The notes under the pieces are model-generated. The model searched no databases, had not been told where the DNA came from, and worked only from the letters and a program-made list of their open reading frames with translations. Source: Eledone cirrhosa (lineage: Eukaryota). Taken from it: a stretch of 64,000 bases of DNA. The stretch is from contig OZ024758.1 in the NCBI GenBank assembly GCA_964016885.1, positions 39,246,001-39,310,000 of the forward strand. The letters run 5' to 3'. Both the position numbers and the translations under genes were made by a program. The number at the start of each line of letters is the position of its first letter. The stretch's first letter is position 1. Of this stretch, positions 30,801-44,549 are shown piece after piece.

Positions 30801-33800
30801 TGAATTCTCACCAACAGTGGAGTTCCTTCTGACAGCTAATACCATGAACTTAAATGAATTCTCACCAACATTGGAGTTACTTCTGACAGCTAGTACCATG
30901 ACTTAAATGAATTCTCACCAACTTTGGAGTTACTTCTGACAGCTAATACCATGACTTAAATGAATTCTCACCAACAGTGGAGTTACTTCTGACAGCTAAT
31001 ACCATGAACTTAAATGAATTCTCACCAACAGTGGAGTTACGTCTGACAGCTAGTACCATGAACTTAAATGAATTCTCACCAACATTGGAGTTACTTCTGA
31101 CAACTAATACCATGACTTAAATGAATTCTCACCAACAGTGGAGTTACTTCTGACAAACTAATACCATGAACTTAAATGAATTCTCACCAACAGTGGAGTT
31201 ACTTCTGACAGCTAGTACCATGAACTTAAATGAATTCTCACCAACAGTGGAGTTCCTTCTGACAGCTAATACCATGAACTTAAATGAATTCTCACCAACA
31301 GTGGAGTTACTTCTGACAGCTAATACCATGAACTTAAATGAATTCTCACCAACAGTGGAGTTACTTCTGACAGCTAGTACCATGAACTTAAATGAATTCT
31401 CACCAACATTGGAGTTACTTCTGACAACTAATACCATGAATTAAATGAATTCTCACCAACAGTGGAGTTACTTCTGACAAACTAATACCATGAACTTAAA
31501 TGAATTCTCACCAACAGTGGAGTTACTTCTGACAGCTAGTACCATGAACTTAAATGAATTCTCACCAACAGTGGAGTTACTTCTGACAGCTAATACCATG
31601 AACTTAAATGAATTCTCACCAACAGTGGAGTTACTTCTGACAGCTAATACCATGAACTTAAATTAATTCTCACCAACATTGGAGTTACTTCTGACAGCTA
31701 ATACCATGAACTTAAATGAATTCTCACCAACAGTGGAGTTACTTCTGACAGCTAATACCATGAACATAAATGAATTCTCACCAACATTGGAGTTACTTCT
31801 GACAGCTAGTACCATGAACTTAAATGAATTCTCACCAACAGTGAAGTTACTTCTGACAGCTAATACCATGAACTTAAATGATTTCTCACCAACAGTGGAG
31901 TTCCTTCTGACAGCTAATACCATGAACTAAAATGAATTCTCACCAACATTGGAGTTACTTCTGACAGCTAGTACTATGACTTAAATGAATTCTCACCAAC
32001 ATTGGAGTTACTTCTGACAACTAATACCATGACTTAAATGAATTCTCACCAACAGTGGAGTTCCTTCTGACAGCTAATACCATGAACTTAAATGAATTCT
32101 CACCAACAGTGGAGTTACTTCTGACAGCTAGTACCATGACTTAAATGAATTCTCACCAACATTGGAGTTACTTCTGACAGCTAGTACCATGAACTTAAAT
32201 GAATTCTCACCAACAGTGGAGTTCCTTCTGACAGCTAATACCATGAACTTAAATGAATTCTCACCAACATTGGAGTTACTTCTGACAGCTAGTACCATGA
32301 CTTAAATGAATTCTCACCAACTTTGGAGTTACTTCTGACAGCTAATACCATGACTTAAATGAATTCTCACCAACAGTGGAGTTACTTCTGACAGCTAATA
32401 CCATGAACTTAAATGAATTCTCACCAACAGTGGAGTTACGTCTGACAGCTAGTACCATGAACTTAAATGAATTCTCACCAACATTGGAGTTACTTCTGAC
32501 AACTAATACCATGAACTAAAATGAATTCTCACCAACAGTGGAGTTCCTTCTGACAGCTAATACCATGAACTTAAATGAATTCTCACCAACATTGGAGTTA
32601 CTTCTGACAGCTAGTACCATGACTTAAATGAATTCTCACCAACTTTGGAGTTACTTCTGACAGCTAATACCATGACTTAAATGAATTCTCACCAACAGTG
32701 GAGTTACTTCTGACAGCTAATACCATGAACTTAAATGAATTCTCACCAACAGTGGAGTTACGTCTGACAGCTAGTACCATGAACTTAAATGAATTCTCAC
32801 CAACATTGGAGTTACTTCTGACAACTAATACCATGACTTAAATGAATTCTCACCAACAGTGGAGTTACTTCTGACAAACTAATACCATGAACTTAAATGA
32901 ATTCTCACCAACAGTGGAGTTACTTCTGACAGCTAGTACCATGAACTTAAATGAATTCTCACCAACAGTGGAGTTCCTTCTGACAGCTAATACCATGAAC
33001 TTAAATGAATTCTCACCAACAGTGGAGTTACTTCTGACAGCTAATACCATGAACTTAAATGAATTCTCACCAACAGTGGAGTTACTTCTGACAGCTAGTA
33101 CCATGAACTTAAATGAATTCTCACCAACATTGGAGTTACTTCTGACAACTAATACCATGAATTAAATGAATTCTCACCAACAGTGGAGTTACTTCTGACA
33201 AACTAATACCATGAACTTAAATGAATTCTCACCAACAGTGGAGTTACTTCTGACAGCTAGTACCATGAACTTAAATGAATTCTCACCAACAGTGGAGTTA
33301 CTTCTGACAGCTAATACCATGAACTTAAATGAATTCTCACCAACAGTGGAGTTACTTCTGACAGCTAATACCATGAACTTAAATTAATTCTCACCAACAT
33401 TGGAGTTACTTCTGACAGCTAATACCATGAACTTAAATGAATTCTCACCAACAGTGGAGTTACTTCTGACAGCTAATACCATGAACATAAATGAATTCTC
33501 ACCAACATTGGAGTTACTTCTGACAGCTAGTACCATGAACTTAAATGAATTCTCACCAACAGTGAAGTTACTTCTGACAGCTAATACCATGAACTTAAAT
33601 GATTTCTCACCAACAGTGGAGTTCCTTCTGACAGCTAATACCATGAACTAAAATGAATTCTCACCAACATTGGAGTTACTTCTGACAGCTAGTACTATGA
33701 CTTAAATGAATTCTCACCAACATTGGAGTTACTTCTGACAACTAATACCATGACTTAAATGAATTCTCACCAACAGTGGAGTTCCTTCTGACAGCTAATA

Positions 33801-36800
33801 CCATGAACTTAAATGAATTCTCACCAACAGTGGAGTTACTTCTGACAGCTAGTACCATGACTTAAATGAATTCTCACCAACATTGGAGTTACTTCTGACA
33901 GCTAGTACCATGAACTTAAATGAATTCTCACCAACAGTGGAGTTCCTTCTGACAGCTAATACCATGAACTTAAATGAATTCTCACCAACATTGGAGTTAC
34001 TTCTGACAGCTAGTACCATGACTTAAATGAATTCTCACCAACTTTGGAGTTACTTCTGACAGCTAATACCATGACTTAAATGAATTCTCACCAACAGTGG
34101 AGTTACTTCTGACAGCTAATACCATGAACTTAAATGAATTCTCACCAACAGTGGAGTTACGTCTGACAGCTAGTACCATGAACTTAAATGAATTCTCACC
34201 AACATTGGAGTTACTTCTGACAACTAATACCATGAACTAAAATGAATTCTCACCAACAGTGGAGTTCCTTCTGACAGCTAATACCATGAACTTAAATGAA
34301 TTCTCACCAACATTGGAGTTACTTCTGACAGCTAGTACCATGACTTAAATGAATTCTCACCAACTTTGGAGTTACTTCTGACAGCTAATACCATGACTTA
34401 AATGAATTCTCACCAACAGTGGAGTTACTTCTGACAGCTAATACCATGAACTTAAATGAATTCTCACCAACAGTGGAGTTACGTCTGACAGCTAGTACCA
34501 TGAACTTAAATGAATTCTCACCAACATTGGAGTTACTTCTGACAACTAATACCATGACTTAAATGAATTTTCACCAACAGTGGAGTTACTTCTGACAAAC
34601 TAATACCATGAACTTAAATGAATTCTCACCAACAGTGGAGTTACTTCTGACAGCTAGTACCATGAACTTAAATGAATTCTCACCAACAGTGGGGTTACTT
34701 CTGACAGCTAATACCATGAACTTAAATGAATTCTCACCAACAGTGGAGTTACTTCTGACAGCTAATACCATGAACTTAAATGAATTCTCACCAACATTGG
34801 AGTTACTTCTGACAGCTAATACCATGACTTAAATGAATTCTCACCAACAGTGGAGTTACTTCTGACAGCTAATACCATGAACTTAAATGAATTCTCACCA
34901 ACATTGGAGTTACTTCTGACAGCTAGTACCATGAACTTAAATGAATTCTCACCAACAGTGGAGTTACTTCTGACAGCTAATACCATGAACTTAAATGAAT
35001 TCTCACCAACAGTGGAGTTCCTTCTGACAGCTAATACCATGAACTTAAATGAATTCTCACCAACATTGGAGTTACTTCTGACAGCTAGTACCATGACTTA
35101 AATGAATTCTCACCAACATTGGAGTTACTTCTGACAACTAATACCATGACTTAAATGAATTCTCACCAACAGTGGAGTTACTTCTGACAAACTAATACCA
35201 TGAACTTAAATGAATTCTCACCAACAGTGGAGTTACTTCTGACAGCTAGTACCATGAACTTAAATGAATCCTCACCAACAGTGGAGTTCCTTCTGACAGC
35301 TAATACCATGAACTTAAATGAATTCTCACCAACAGTGGAGTTACTTCTGACAGCTAATACCATGAACTTAAATGAATTCTCACCAACAGTGGAGTTACTT
35401 CTGACAGCTAGTACCATGAACTTAAATGAATTCTCACCAACATTGGAGTTACTTCTGACAACTAATACCATGAATTAAATGAATTCTCACCAACAGTGGA
35501 GTTACTTCTGACAAACTAATACCATGAACTTAAATGAATTCTCACCAACAGTGGAGTTACTTCTGACAGCTAGTACCATGAACTTAAATGAATTCTCACC
35601 AACAGTGGAGTTACTTCTGACAGCTAATACCATGAACTTAAATGAATTCTCACCAACAGTGGAGTTACTTCTGACAGCTAATACCATGAACTTAAATTAA
35701 TTCTCACCAACATTGGAGTTACTTCTGACAGCTAATACCATGAACTTAAATGAATTCTCACCAACAGTGGAGTTACTTCTGACAGGTAGTACCATGAACT
35801 TAAATGAATTCTCACCAACAGTGGAGTTACTTCTGACAGCTAATACCATGAACTTAAATGAATTCTCACCAACAGTGGAGTTACTTCTGACAGCTAATAC
35901 CATGAACATAAATGAATTCTCACCAACATTGGAGTTACTTCTGACAAACTAATACCATGAACTTAAATGAATTCTCACCAACAGTGGAGTTACTTCTGAC
36001 AGCTAGTACCATGAACTTAAATGAATTCTCACCAACAGTGGAGTTACTTCTGACAGCTAATACCATGAACTTAAATGAATTCTCACCAACAGTGGAGTTA
36101 CTTCTGACAGCTAATACCATGAACTTAAATGAATTCTCACCAACATTGGAGTTACTTCTGACAGCTAATACCATGACTTAAATGAATTCTCACCAACAGT
36201 GGAGTTACTTCTGACAGCTAATACCATGAACTTAAATGAATTCTCACCAACATTGGAGTTACTTCTGACAGCTAGTACCATGAACTTAAATGAATTCTCA
36301 CCAACAGTGGAGTTACTTCTGACAGCTAATACCATGAACTTAAATGAATTCTCACCAACAGTGGAGTTCCTTCTGACAGCTAATACCATGAACTTAAATG
36401 AATTCTCACCAACATTGGAGTTACTTCTGACAGCTAGTACCATGACTTAAATGATATTCTCACCAACATTGGAGTTACTTCTGACAACTAATACCATGAC
36501 TTAAATGAATTCTCACCAACAGTGGAGTTACTTCTGACAAACTAATAACATGAACTTCAATGAATTCTCACCAACAGTGGAGTTACTTCTGACAGCTAGT
36601 ACCATGAACTTAAATGAATTCTCACCAACAGTGGAGTTCCTTCTGACAGCTAATACCATGAACTTAAATGAATTCTCACCAACAGTGGAGTTACTTCTGA
36701 CAGCTAATACCATGAACTTAAATGAATTCTCACCAACAGTGGAGTTACTTCTGACAGCTAGTACCATGAACTTAAATGAATTCTCACCAACATTGGAGTT

Positions 36801-39395
36801 ACTTCTGACAACTAATACCATGAATTAAATGAATTCTCACCAACAGTGGAGTTACTTCTGACAAACTAATACCATGAACTTAAATGAATTCTCACCAACA
36901 GTGGAGTTACTTCTGACAGCTAGTACCATGAACTTAAATGAATTCTCACCAACAGTGGAGTTACTTCTGACAGCTAATACCATGAACTTAAATGAATTCT
37001 CACCAACAGTGGAGTTACTTCTGACAGCTAATACCATGAACTTAAATTAATTCTCACCAACATTGGAGTTACTTCTGACAGCTAATACCATGAACTTAAA
37101 TGAATTCTCACCAACAGTGGAGTTACTTCTGACAGGTAGTACCATGAACTTAAATGAATTCTCACCAACAGTGGAGTTACTTCTGACAGCTAATACCATG
37201 AACTTAAATGAATTCTCACCAACAGTGGAGTTACTTCTGACAGCTAATACCATGAACATAAATGAATTCTCACCAACATTGGAGTTACTTCTGACAGCTA
37301 GTACCATGAACTTAAATGAATTCTCACCAACAGTGAAGTTACTTCTGACAGCTAATACCATGAACTTAAATGATTTGTCACCAACAGTGGAGTTCCTTCT
37401 GACAGCTAATACCATGAACTAAAATGAATTCTCACCAACATTGGAGTTACTTCTGACAGCTAGTACTATGACTTAAATGAATTCTCACCAACATTGGCGT
37501 TACTTCTGACAACTAATACCATGACTTAAATGAATTCTCACCAACAGTGGAGTTACTTCTGACAAACTAATACCATGAACTTAAATGAATTCTCACCAAC
37601 AGTGGAGTTACTTCTGACAGCTAGTACCATGAACTTAAATGAATTCTCACCAACAGTGGAGTTACTTCTGACAGCTAATACCATGAACTTAAATGAATTC
37701 TCACCAACAGTGGAGTTCCTTCTGACAGCTAATACCATGAACTTAAATGAATTCTAACCAACATTGGAGTTACTTCTGACAGCTAGTACCATGACTTAAA
37801 TGAATTCTCACCAACATTGGAGTTACTTCTGACAACTAATAACATGACTTAAATGAATTCTCACCAACAGTGGAGTTACTTCTGACAAACTAATACCATG
37901 AACTTAAATGAATTCTCACCAACAGTGGAGTTACTTCTGACAGCTAGTACCATGAACTTAAATGAATTCTCACCAACAGTGGAGTTCCTTCTGACAGCTA
38001 ATACCATGAACTTAAATGAATTCTCACCAACAGTGGAGTTACTTCTGACAGCTAATACCATGAACTTAAATGAATTCTCACCAACAGTGGAGTTACTTCT
38101 GACAGCTAGTACCATGAACTTAAATGAATTCTCACCAACATTGGAGTTACTTCTGACAACTAATACCATGAACTTAAATGAATTCTCACCAACAGTGGAG
38201 TTACTTCTGACAGGTAGTACCATGAACTTAAATGAATTCTCACCAACAGTGGAGTTACTTCTGACAGCTAATACCATGAACTTAAATGAATTCTCACCAA
38301 CAGTGGAGTTACTTCTGACAGCTAATACCATGAACTTAAATGAATTCTCACCAACATTGGAGTTACTTCTGACAGCTAGTACCATGAACTTAAATGAATT
38401 CTCACCAACAGTGAAGTTACTTCTGACAGCTAATACCATGAACTTAAATGATTTCTCACCAACAGTGGAGTTCCTTCTGACAGCTAATACCATGAACTTA
38501 AATGAATTCTCACCAACATTGGAGTTACTTCTGACAGCTAGTACCATGAACTTAAATGAATTCTCACCAACAGTGGCGTTCCTTCTGACAGCTAATACCA
38601 TGAACTTAAATGAATTCTCACCAACACTGGAGTTACTTCTGACAGCTAATACCATGAACTTAAATGAATTCTCACCAACATTGGAGTTACTTCTGACAAC
38701 TAATACCATGACTTAAATGAATTCTCACCAACAGTGGAGTTACTTCTGACAAACTAATACCATGAACTTAAATGAATTCTCACCAACAGTGGAGTTACTT
38801 CTGACAGCTAGTACCATTCTAACTTAAATGAATTCTCACCAACAGTGGAGTTACTTCTGACAGCTAATACCATGAACTTAAATGAATTCTCACCAACAGT
38901 GGAGTTACTTCTGACAGCTAATACCATGAACTTAAATGAATTCTCACCAACATTGGAGTTACTTCTGACAGCTAGTACCATTGTAACTTAAATGAATTCT
39001 CACCAACAGTGGAGTTACTTCTGACAGCTAATACCATGAACTTAAATGAATTCTCACCAACAGTGGAGTTACTTCTGACAGCTAGTACCATGAACTTAAA
39101 TGAATTCTCACCAACAGTGGAGTTACTTCTGACAGCTAATACCATGAACGTAAATGAATTCTCACCAACAGTGGAGTTCCTTCTGACAGCTAATACCATG
39201 AACTTAAATGAATTCTCACCAACATTGGAGTTACTTCTGACAGCTAGTACCATGACTTAAATGAATTCTCACCAACATTGGAGTTACCTCTGACAACTAA
39301 TACCATGACTTAAATGAATTCTCACCAACAGTGGAGTTACTTCTGACAAACTAATACCATGAACTTAAATGAATTCTCACCAACAGTGGAGTTAC
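22450..39395. repeat. Large tandem duplication: 7654-bp unit, second copy 1721 bp longer through an internal duplication (9375 bp)
   Basis: Offset is 7654 for ORFs 22610/30264, 23490/31144 and 24009/31663, and 1721 for 31144/32865 and 31663/33384. Offset is 9375-9376 for markers GAATCC (25891/35266), AACATGAACTTCAA (27171/36547), ACCATTGTAAC (29601/38977) and TTACCTCTG (C at 29911/39287). Confidence 0.93.
25190..27920. repeat. Second occurrence of the 1349-bp duplicated pair, 5061 bp downstream of the first
   Basis: ORF pairs 25211/26560, 25441/26790, 25803/27152, 26127/27476 and 26322/27671 differ by 1349. Pairs 20150/25211 and 21499/26560 differ by 5061. Confidence 0.85.
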
Positions 39396-41900
39396 TTCTG
39401 ACAGCTAGTACCATTCTAACTTAAATGAATTCTCACCAACAGTGGAGTTACTTCTGACAGCTAATACCATGAACTTAAATGAATTCTCACCAACATTGGA
39501 GTTACTTCTGACAGCTAGTACCATGACTTAAATGAATTCTCACCAACATTGGAGTTACTTCTGACAGCTAATACCATGAACTTAAATGAATTCTCACCAA
39601 CATTGGAGTTACTTCTGACAGCTAGTACCATGACTTAAATGAATTCTCACCAACATTGGAGTTACTTCTGACAACTAATACCATGACTTAAATGAATTCT
39701 CACCAACATTGGAGTTACTTCTGACAACTAATACCATGACTTAAATGAATTCTCACCAACAGTGGAGTTACTTCTGACAAACTAATACCATGAACTTAAA
39801 TGAATTCTCACCAACAGTGGAGTTACTTCTGACAGCTAGTACCATGAACTTAAATGAATTCTCACCAACAGTGGAGTTACTTCTGACAGCTAATACCATG
39901 AACTTAAATGAATTCTCACCAACAGTGGAGTTACTTCTGACAGCTAATACCATGAACTTAAATTAATTCTCACCAACATTGGAGTTACTTCTGACAGCTA
40001 ATACCATGAACTTAAATGAATTCTCACCAACAGTGGAGTTACTTCTGACAGGTAGTACCATGAACTTAAATGAATTCTCACCAACAGTGGAGTTACTTCT
40101 GACAGCTAATACCATGAACTTAAATGAATTCTCACCAACAGTGGAGTTACTTCTGACAGCTAATACCATGAACATAAATGAATTCTCACCAACATTGGAG
40201 TTACATCTGACAGCTAGTACCATGAACTTAAATGAATTCTCACCAACAGTGAAGTTACTTCTGACAGCTAATACCATGAACTTAAATGATTTGTCACCAA
40301 CAGTGGAGTTCCTTCTGACAGCTAATACCATGAACTAAAATGAATTCTCACCAACATTGGAGTTACTTCTGACAGCTAGTACTATGACTTAAATGAATTC
40401 TCACCAACATTGGAGTTACTTCTGACAACTAATACCATGACTTAAATGAATTCTCACCAACAGTGGAGTTACTTCTGACAAACTAATACCATGAACTTAA
40501 ATGAATTCTCACCAACAGTGGAGTTACTTCTGACAGCTAGTACCATGAACTTAAATGAATTCTCACCAACAGTGGAGTTACTTCTGACAGCTAATACCAT
40601 GAACTTAAATGAATTCTCACCAACAGTGGAGTTCCTTCTGACAGCTAATACCATGAACTTAAATGAATTCTAACCAACATTGGAGTTACTTCTGACAGCT
40701 AGTACCATGACTTAAATGAATTCTCACCAACATTGGAGTTACTTCTGACAACTAATAACATGACTTAAATGAATTCTCACCAACAGTGGAGTTACTTCTG
40801 ACAAACTAATACCATGAACTTAAATGAATTCTCACCAACAGTGGAGTTACTTCTGACAGCTAGTACCATGAACTTAAATGAATTCTCACCAACAGTGGAG
40901 TTACTTCTGACAGCTAATACCATGAACTTAAATTAATTCTCACCAACATTGGAGTTACTTCTGACAGCTAATACCATGAACTTAAATGAATTCTCACCAA
41001 CAGTGGAGTTACTTCTGACAGGTAGTACCATGAACTTAAATGAATTCTCACCAACAGTGGAGTTACTTCTGACAGCTAATACCATGAACTTAAATGAATT
41101 CTCACCAACAGTGGAGTTACTTCTGACAGCTAATACCATGAACATAAATGAATTCTCACCAACATTGGAGTTACTTCTGACAAACTAATACCATGAACTT
41201 AAATGAATTCTCACCAACATCGGAGTTACTTCTGACAGCTAGTACCATGAATTAAATGAATTCTCACCAACAGTGGAGTTACTTCTGACAGCTAATACCA
41301 TGAACTTAAATGAATTCTCACCAACAGTGGAGTTACTTCTGACAGCTAATACCATGAACTTAAATTAATTCTCACCAACATTGGAGTTACTTCTGACAGC
41401 TAATACCATGAACTTAAATGAATTCTCACCAACAGTGGAGTTACTTCTGACAGGTAGTACCATGAACTTAAATGAATTCTCACCAACAGTGGAGTTACTT
41501 CTGACAGCTAATACCATGAACTTAAATGAATTCTCACCAACAGTGGAGTTACTTCTGACAGCTAATACCATGAACATAAATGAATTCTCACCAACATTGG
41601 AGTTACTTCTGACAGCTAGTACCATGAACTTAAATGAATTCTCACCAACAGTGAAGTTACTTCTGACAGCTAATACCATGAACTTAAATGATTTGTCACC
41701 AACAGTGGAGTTCCTTCTGACAGCTAATACCATGAACTAAAATGAATTCTCACCAACATTGGAGTTACTTCTGACAGCTAGTACTATGACTTAAATGAAT
41801 TCTCACCAACATTGGAGTTACTTCTGACAACTAATACCATGACTTAAATGAATTCTCACCAACAGTGGAGTTACTTCTGACAAACTAATACCATGAACTT
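36830..41900. repeat. Reiterated block at +2916 bp (54 monomers) and again at +1402 bp (26 monomers)
   Basis: ORF pairs 36852/39768, 37047/39963 and 37553/40469 differ by 2916, and 39963/41365 differ by 1402. The copies share the GATTTGTCACC marker. Confidence 0.8.
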
Positions 41901-44549
41901 AAATGAATTCTCACCAACAGTGGAGTTACTTCTGACAGCTAGTACCATGAACTTAAATGAATTCTCACCAACAGTGGAGTTCCTTCTGACAGCTAATACC
42001 ATGAACTTAAATGAATTCTCACCAACAGTGGAGTTACTTCTGACAGCTAATACCATGAACTTAAATGAATTCTCACCAACAGTGGAGTTACTTCTGACAG
42101 CTAGTACCATGAACTTAAATGAATTCTCACCAACATTGGAGTTACTTCTGACAACTAATACCATGAACTTAAATGAATTCTCACCAACAGTGGAGTTACT
42201 TCTGACAGGTAGTACCATGAACTTAAATGAATTCTCACCAACAGTGGAGTTACTTCTGACAGCTAATACCATGAACTTAAATGAATTCTCACCAACAGTG
42301 GAGTTACTTCTGACAGCTAATACCATGAACTTAAATGAATTCTCACCAACATTGGAGTTACTTCTGACAGCTAGTACCATGAACTTAAATGAATTCTCAC
42401 CAACAGTGGAGTTACTTCTGACAGCTAATACCATGAACTTAAATGAATTCTCACCAACAGTGGAGTTACTTCTGACAGCTAGTACCATGAACTTAAATGA
42501 ATTCTCACCAACATTGGAGTTACTTCTGACAACTAATACCATGAATTAAATGAATTCTCACCAACAGTGGAGTTACTTCTGACAAACTAATACCATGAAC
42601 TTAAATGAATTCTCACCAACAGTGGAGTTACTTCTGACAGCTAGTACCATGAACTTAAATGAATTCTCACCAACAGTGGAGTTACTTCTGACAGCTAATA
42701 CCATGAACTTAAATGAATTCTCACCAACAGTGGAGTTACTTCTGACAGCTAATACCATGAACTTATATGAATTCTCACCAACATTGGAGTTACTTCTGAC
42801 AGCTAATACCATGAACTTAAATGAATTCTCACCAACAGTGGAGTTACTTCTGACAGGTAGTACCATGAACTTAAATGAATTCTCACCAACAGTGGAGTTA
42901 CTTCTGACAGCTAATACCATGAACTTAAATGAATTCTCACCAACAGTGGAGTTACTTCTGACAGCTAATACCATGAACTTAAATGAATTCTCACCAACAT
43001 TGGAGTTACTTCTGACAGCTAGTACCATGAACTTAAATGAATTCTCACCAACAGTGAAGTTACTTCTGACAGCTAATACCATGAACTTAAATGATTTCTC
43101 ACCAACAGTGGAGTTCCTTCTGACAGCTAATACCATGAACTTAAATGAATTCTCACCAACATTGGAGTTACTTCTGACAGCTAGTACCATGAACTTAAAT
43201 GAATTCTCACCAACAGTGGCGTTCCTTCTGACAGCTAATACCATGAACTTAAATGAATTCTCACCAACACTGGAGTTACTTCTGACAGCTAATACCATGA
43301 ACTTAAATGAATTCTCACCAACATTGGAGTTACTTCTGACAACTAATACCATGACTTAAATGAATTCTCACCAACAGTGGAGTTACTTCTGACAAACTAA
43401 TACCATGAACTTAAATGAATTCTCACCAACAGTGGAGTTACTTCTGACAGCTAGTACCATTCTAACTTAAATGAATTCTCACCAACAGTGGAGTTACTTC
43501 TGACAGCTAATACCATGAACTTAAATGAATTCTCACCAACAGTGGAGTTACTTCTGACAGCTAATACCATGAACTTAAATGAATTCTCACCAACATTGGA
43601 GTTACTTCTGACAGCTAGTACCATTCTAACTTAAATGAATTCTCACCAACAGTGGAGTTACTTCTGACAGCTAATACCATGAACTTAAATGAATTCTCAC
43701 CAACAGTGGAGTTACTTCTGACAGCTAGTACCATGAACTTAAATGAATTCTCACCAACAGTGGAGTTACTTCTGACAGCTAATACCATGAACTTAAATGA
43801 ATTCTCACCAACAGTGGAGTTCCTTCTGACAGCTAATACCATGAACTTAAATGAATTCTCACCAACATTGGAGTTACTTCTGACAGCTAGTACCATGACT
43901 TAAATGAATTCTCACCAACATTGGAGTTACCTCTGACAACTAATACCATGACTTAAATGAATTCTCACCAACAGTGGAGTTACTTCTGACAAACTAATAC
44001 CATGAACTTAAATGAATTCTCACCAACAGTGGAGTTACTTCTGACAGCTAGTACCATTCTAACTTAAATGAATTCTCACCAACAGTGGAGTTACTTCTGA
44101 CAGCTAATACCATGAACTTAAATGAATTCTCACCAACATTGGAGTTACTTCTGACAGCTAGTACCATGACTTAAATGAATTCTCACCAACATTGGAGTTA
44201 CTTCTGACAGCTAATACCATGAACTTAAATGAATTCTCACCAACATTGGAGTTACTTCTGACAGCTAGTACCATGACTTAAATGAATTCTCACCAACATT
44301 GGAGTTACTTCTGACAACTAATACCATGACTTAAATGAATTCTCACCAACATTGGAGTTACTTCTGACAACTAATACCATGACTTAAATGAATTCTCACC
44401 AACAGTGGAGTTACTTCTGACAAACTAATACCATGAACTTAAATGAATTCTCACCAACAGTGGAGTTACTTCTGACAGCTAATACCATGAACTTAAATGA
44501 ATTCTCACCAACAGTGGAGTTACTTCTGACAGCTAGTACCATGAACTTA

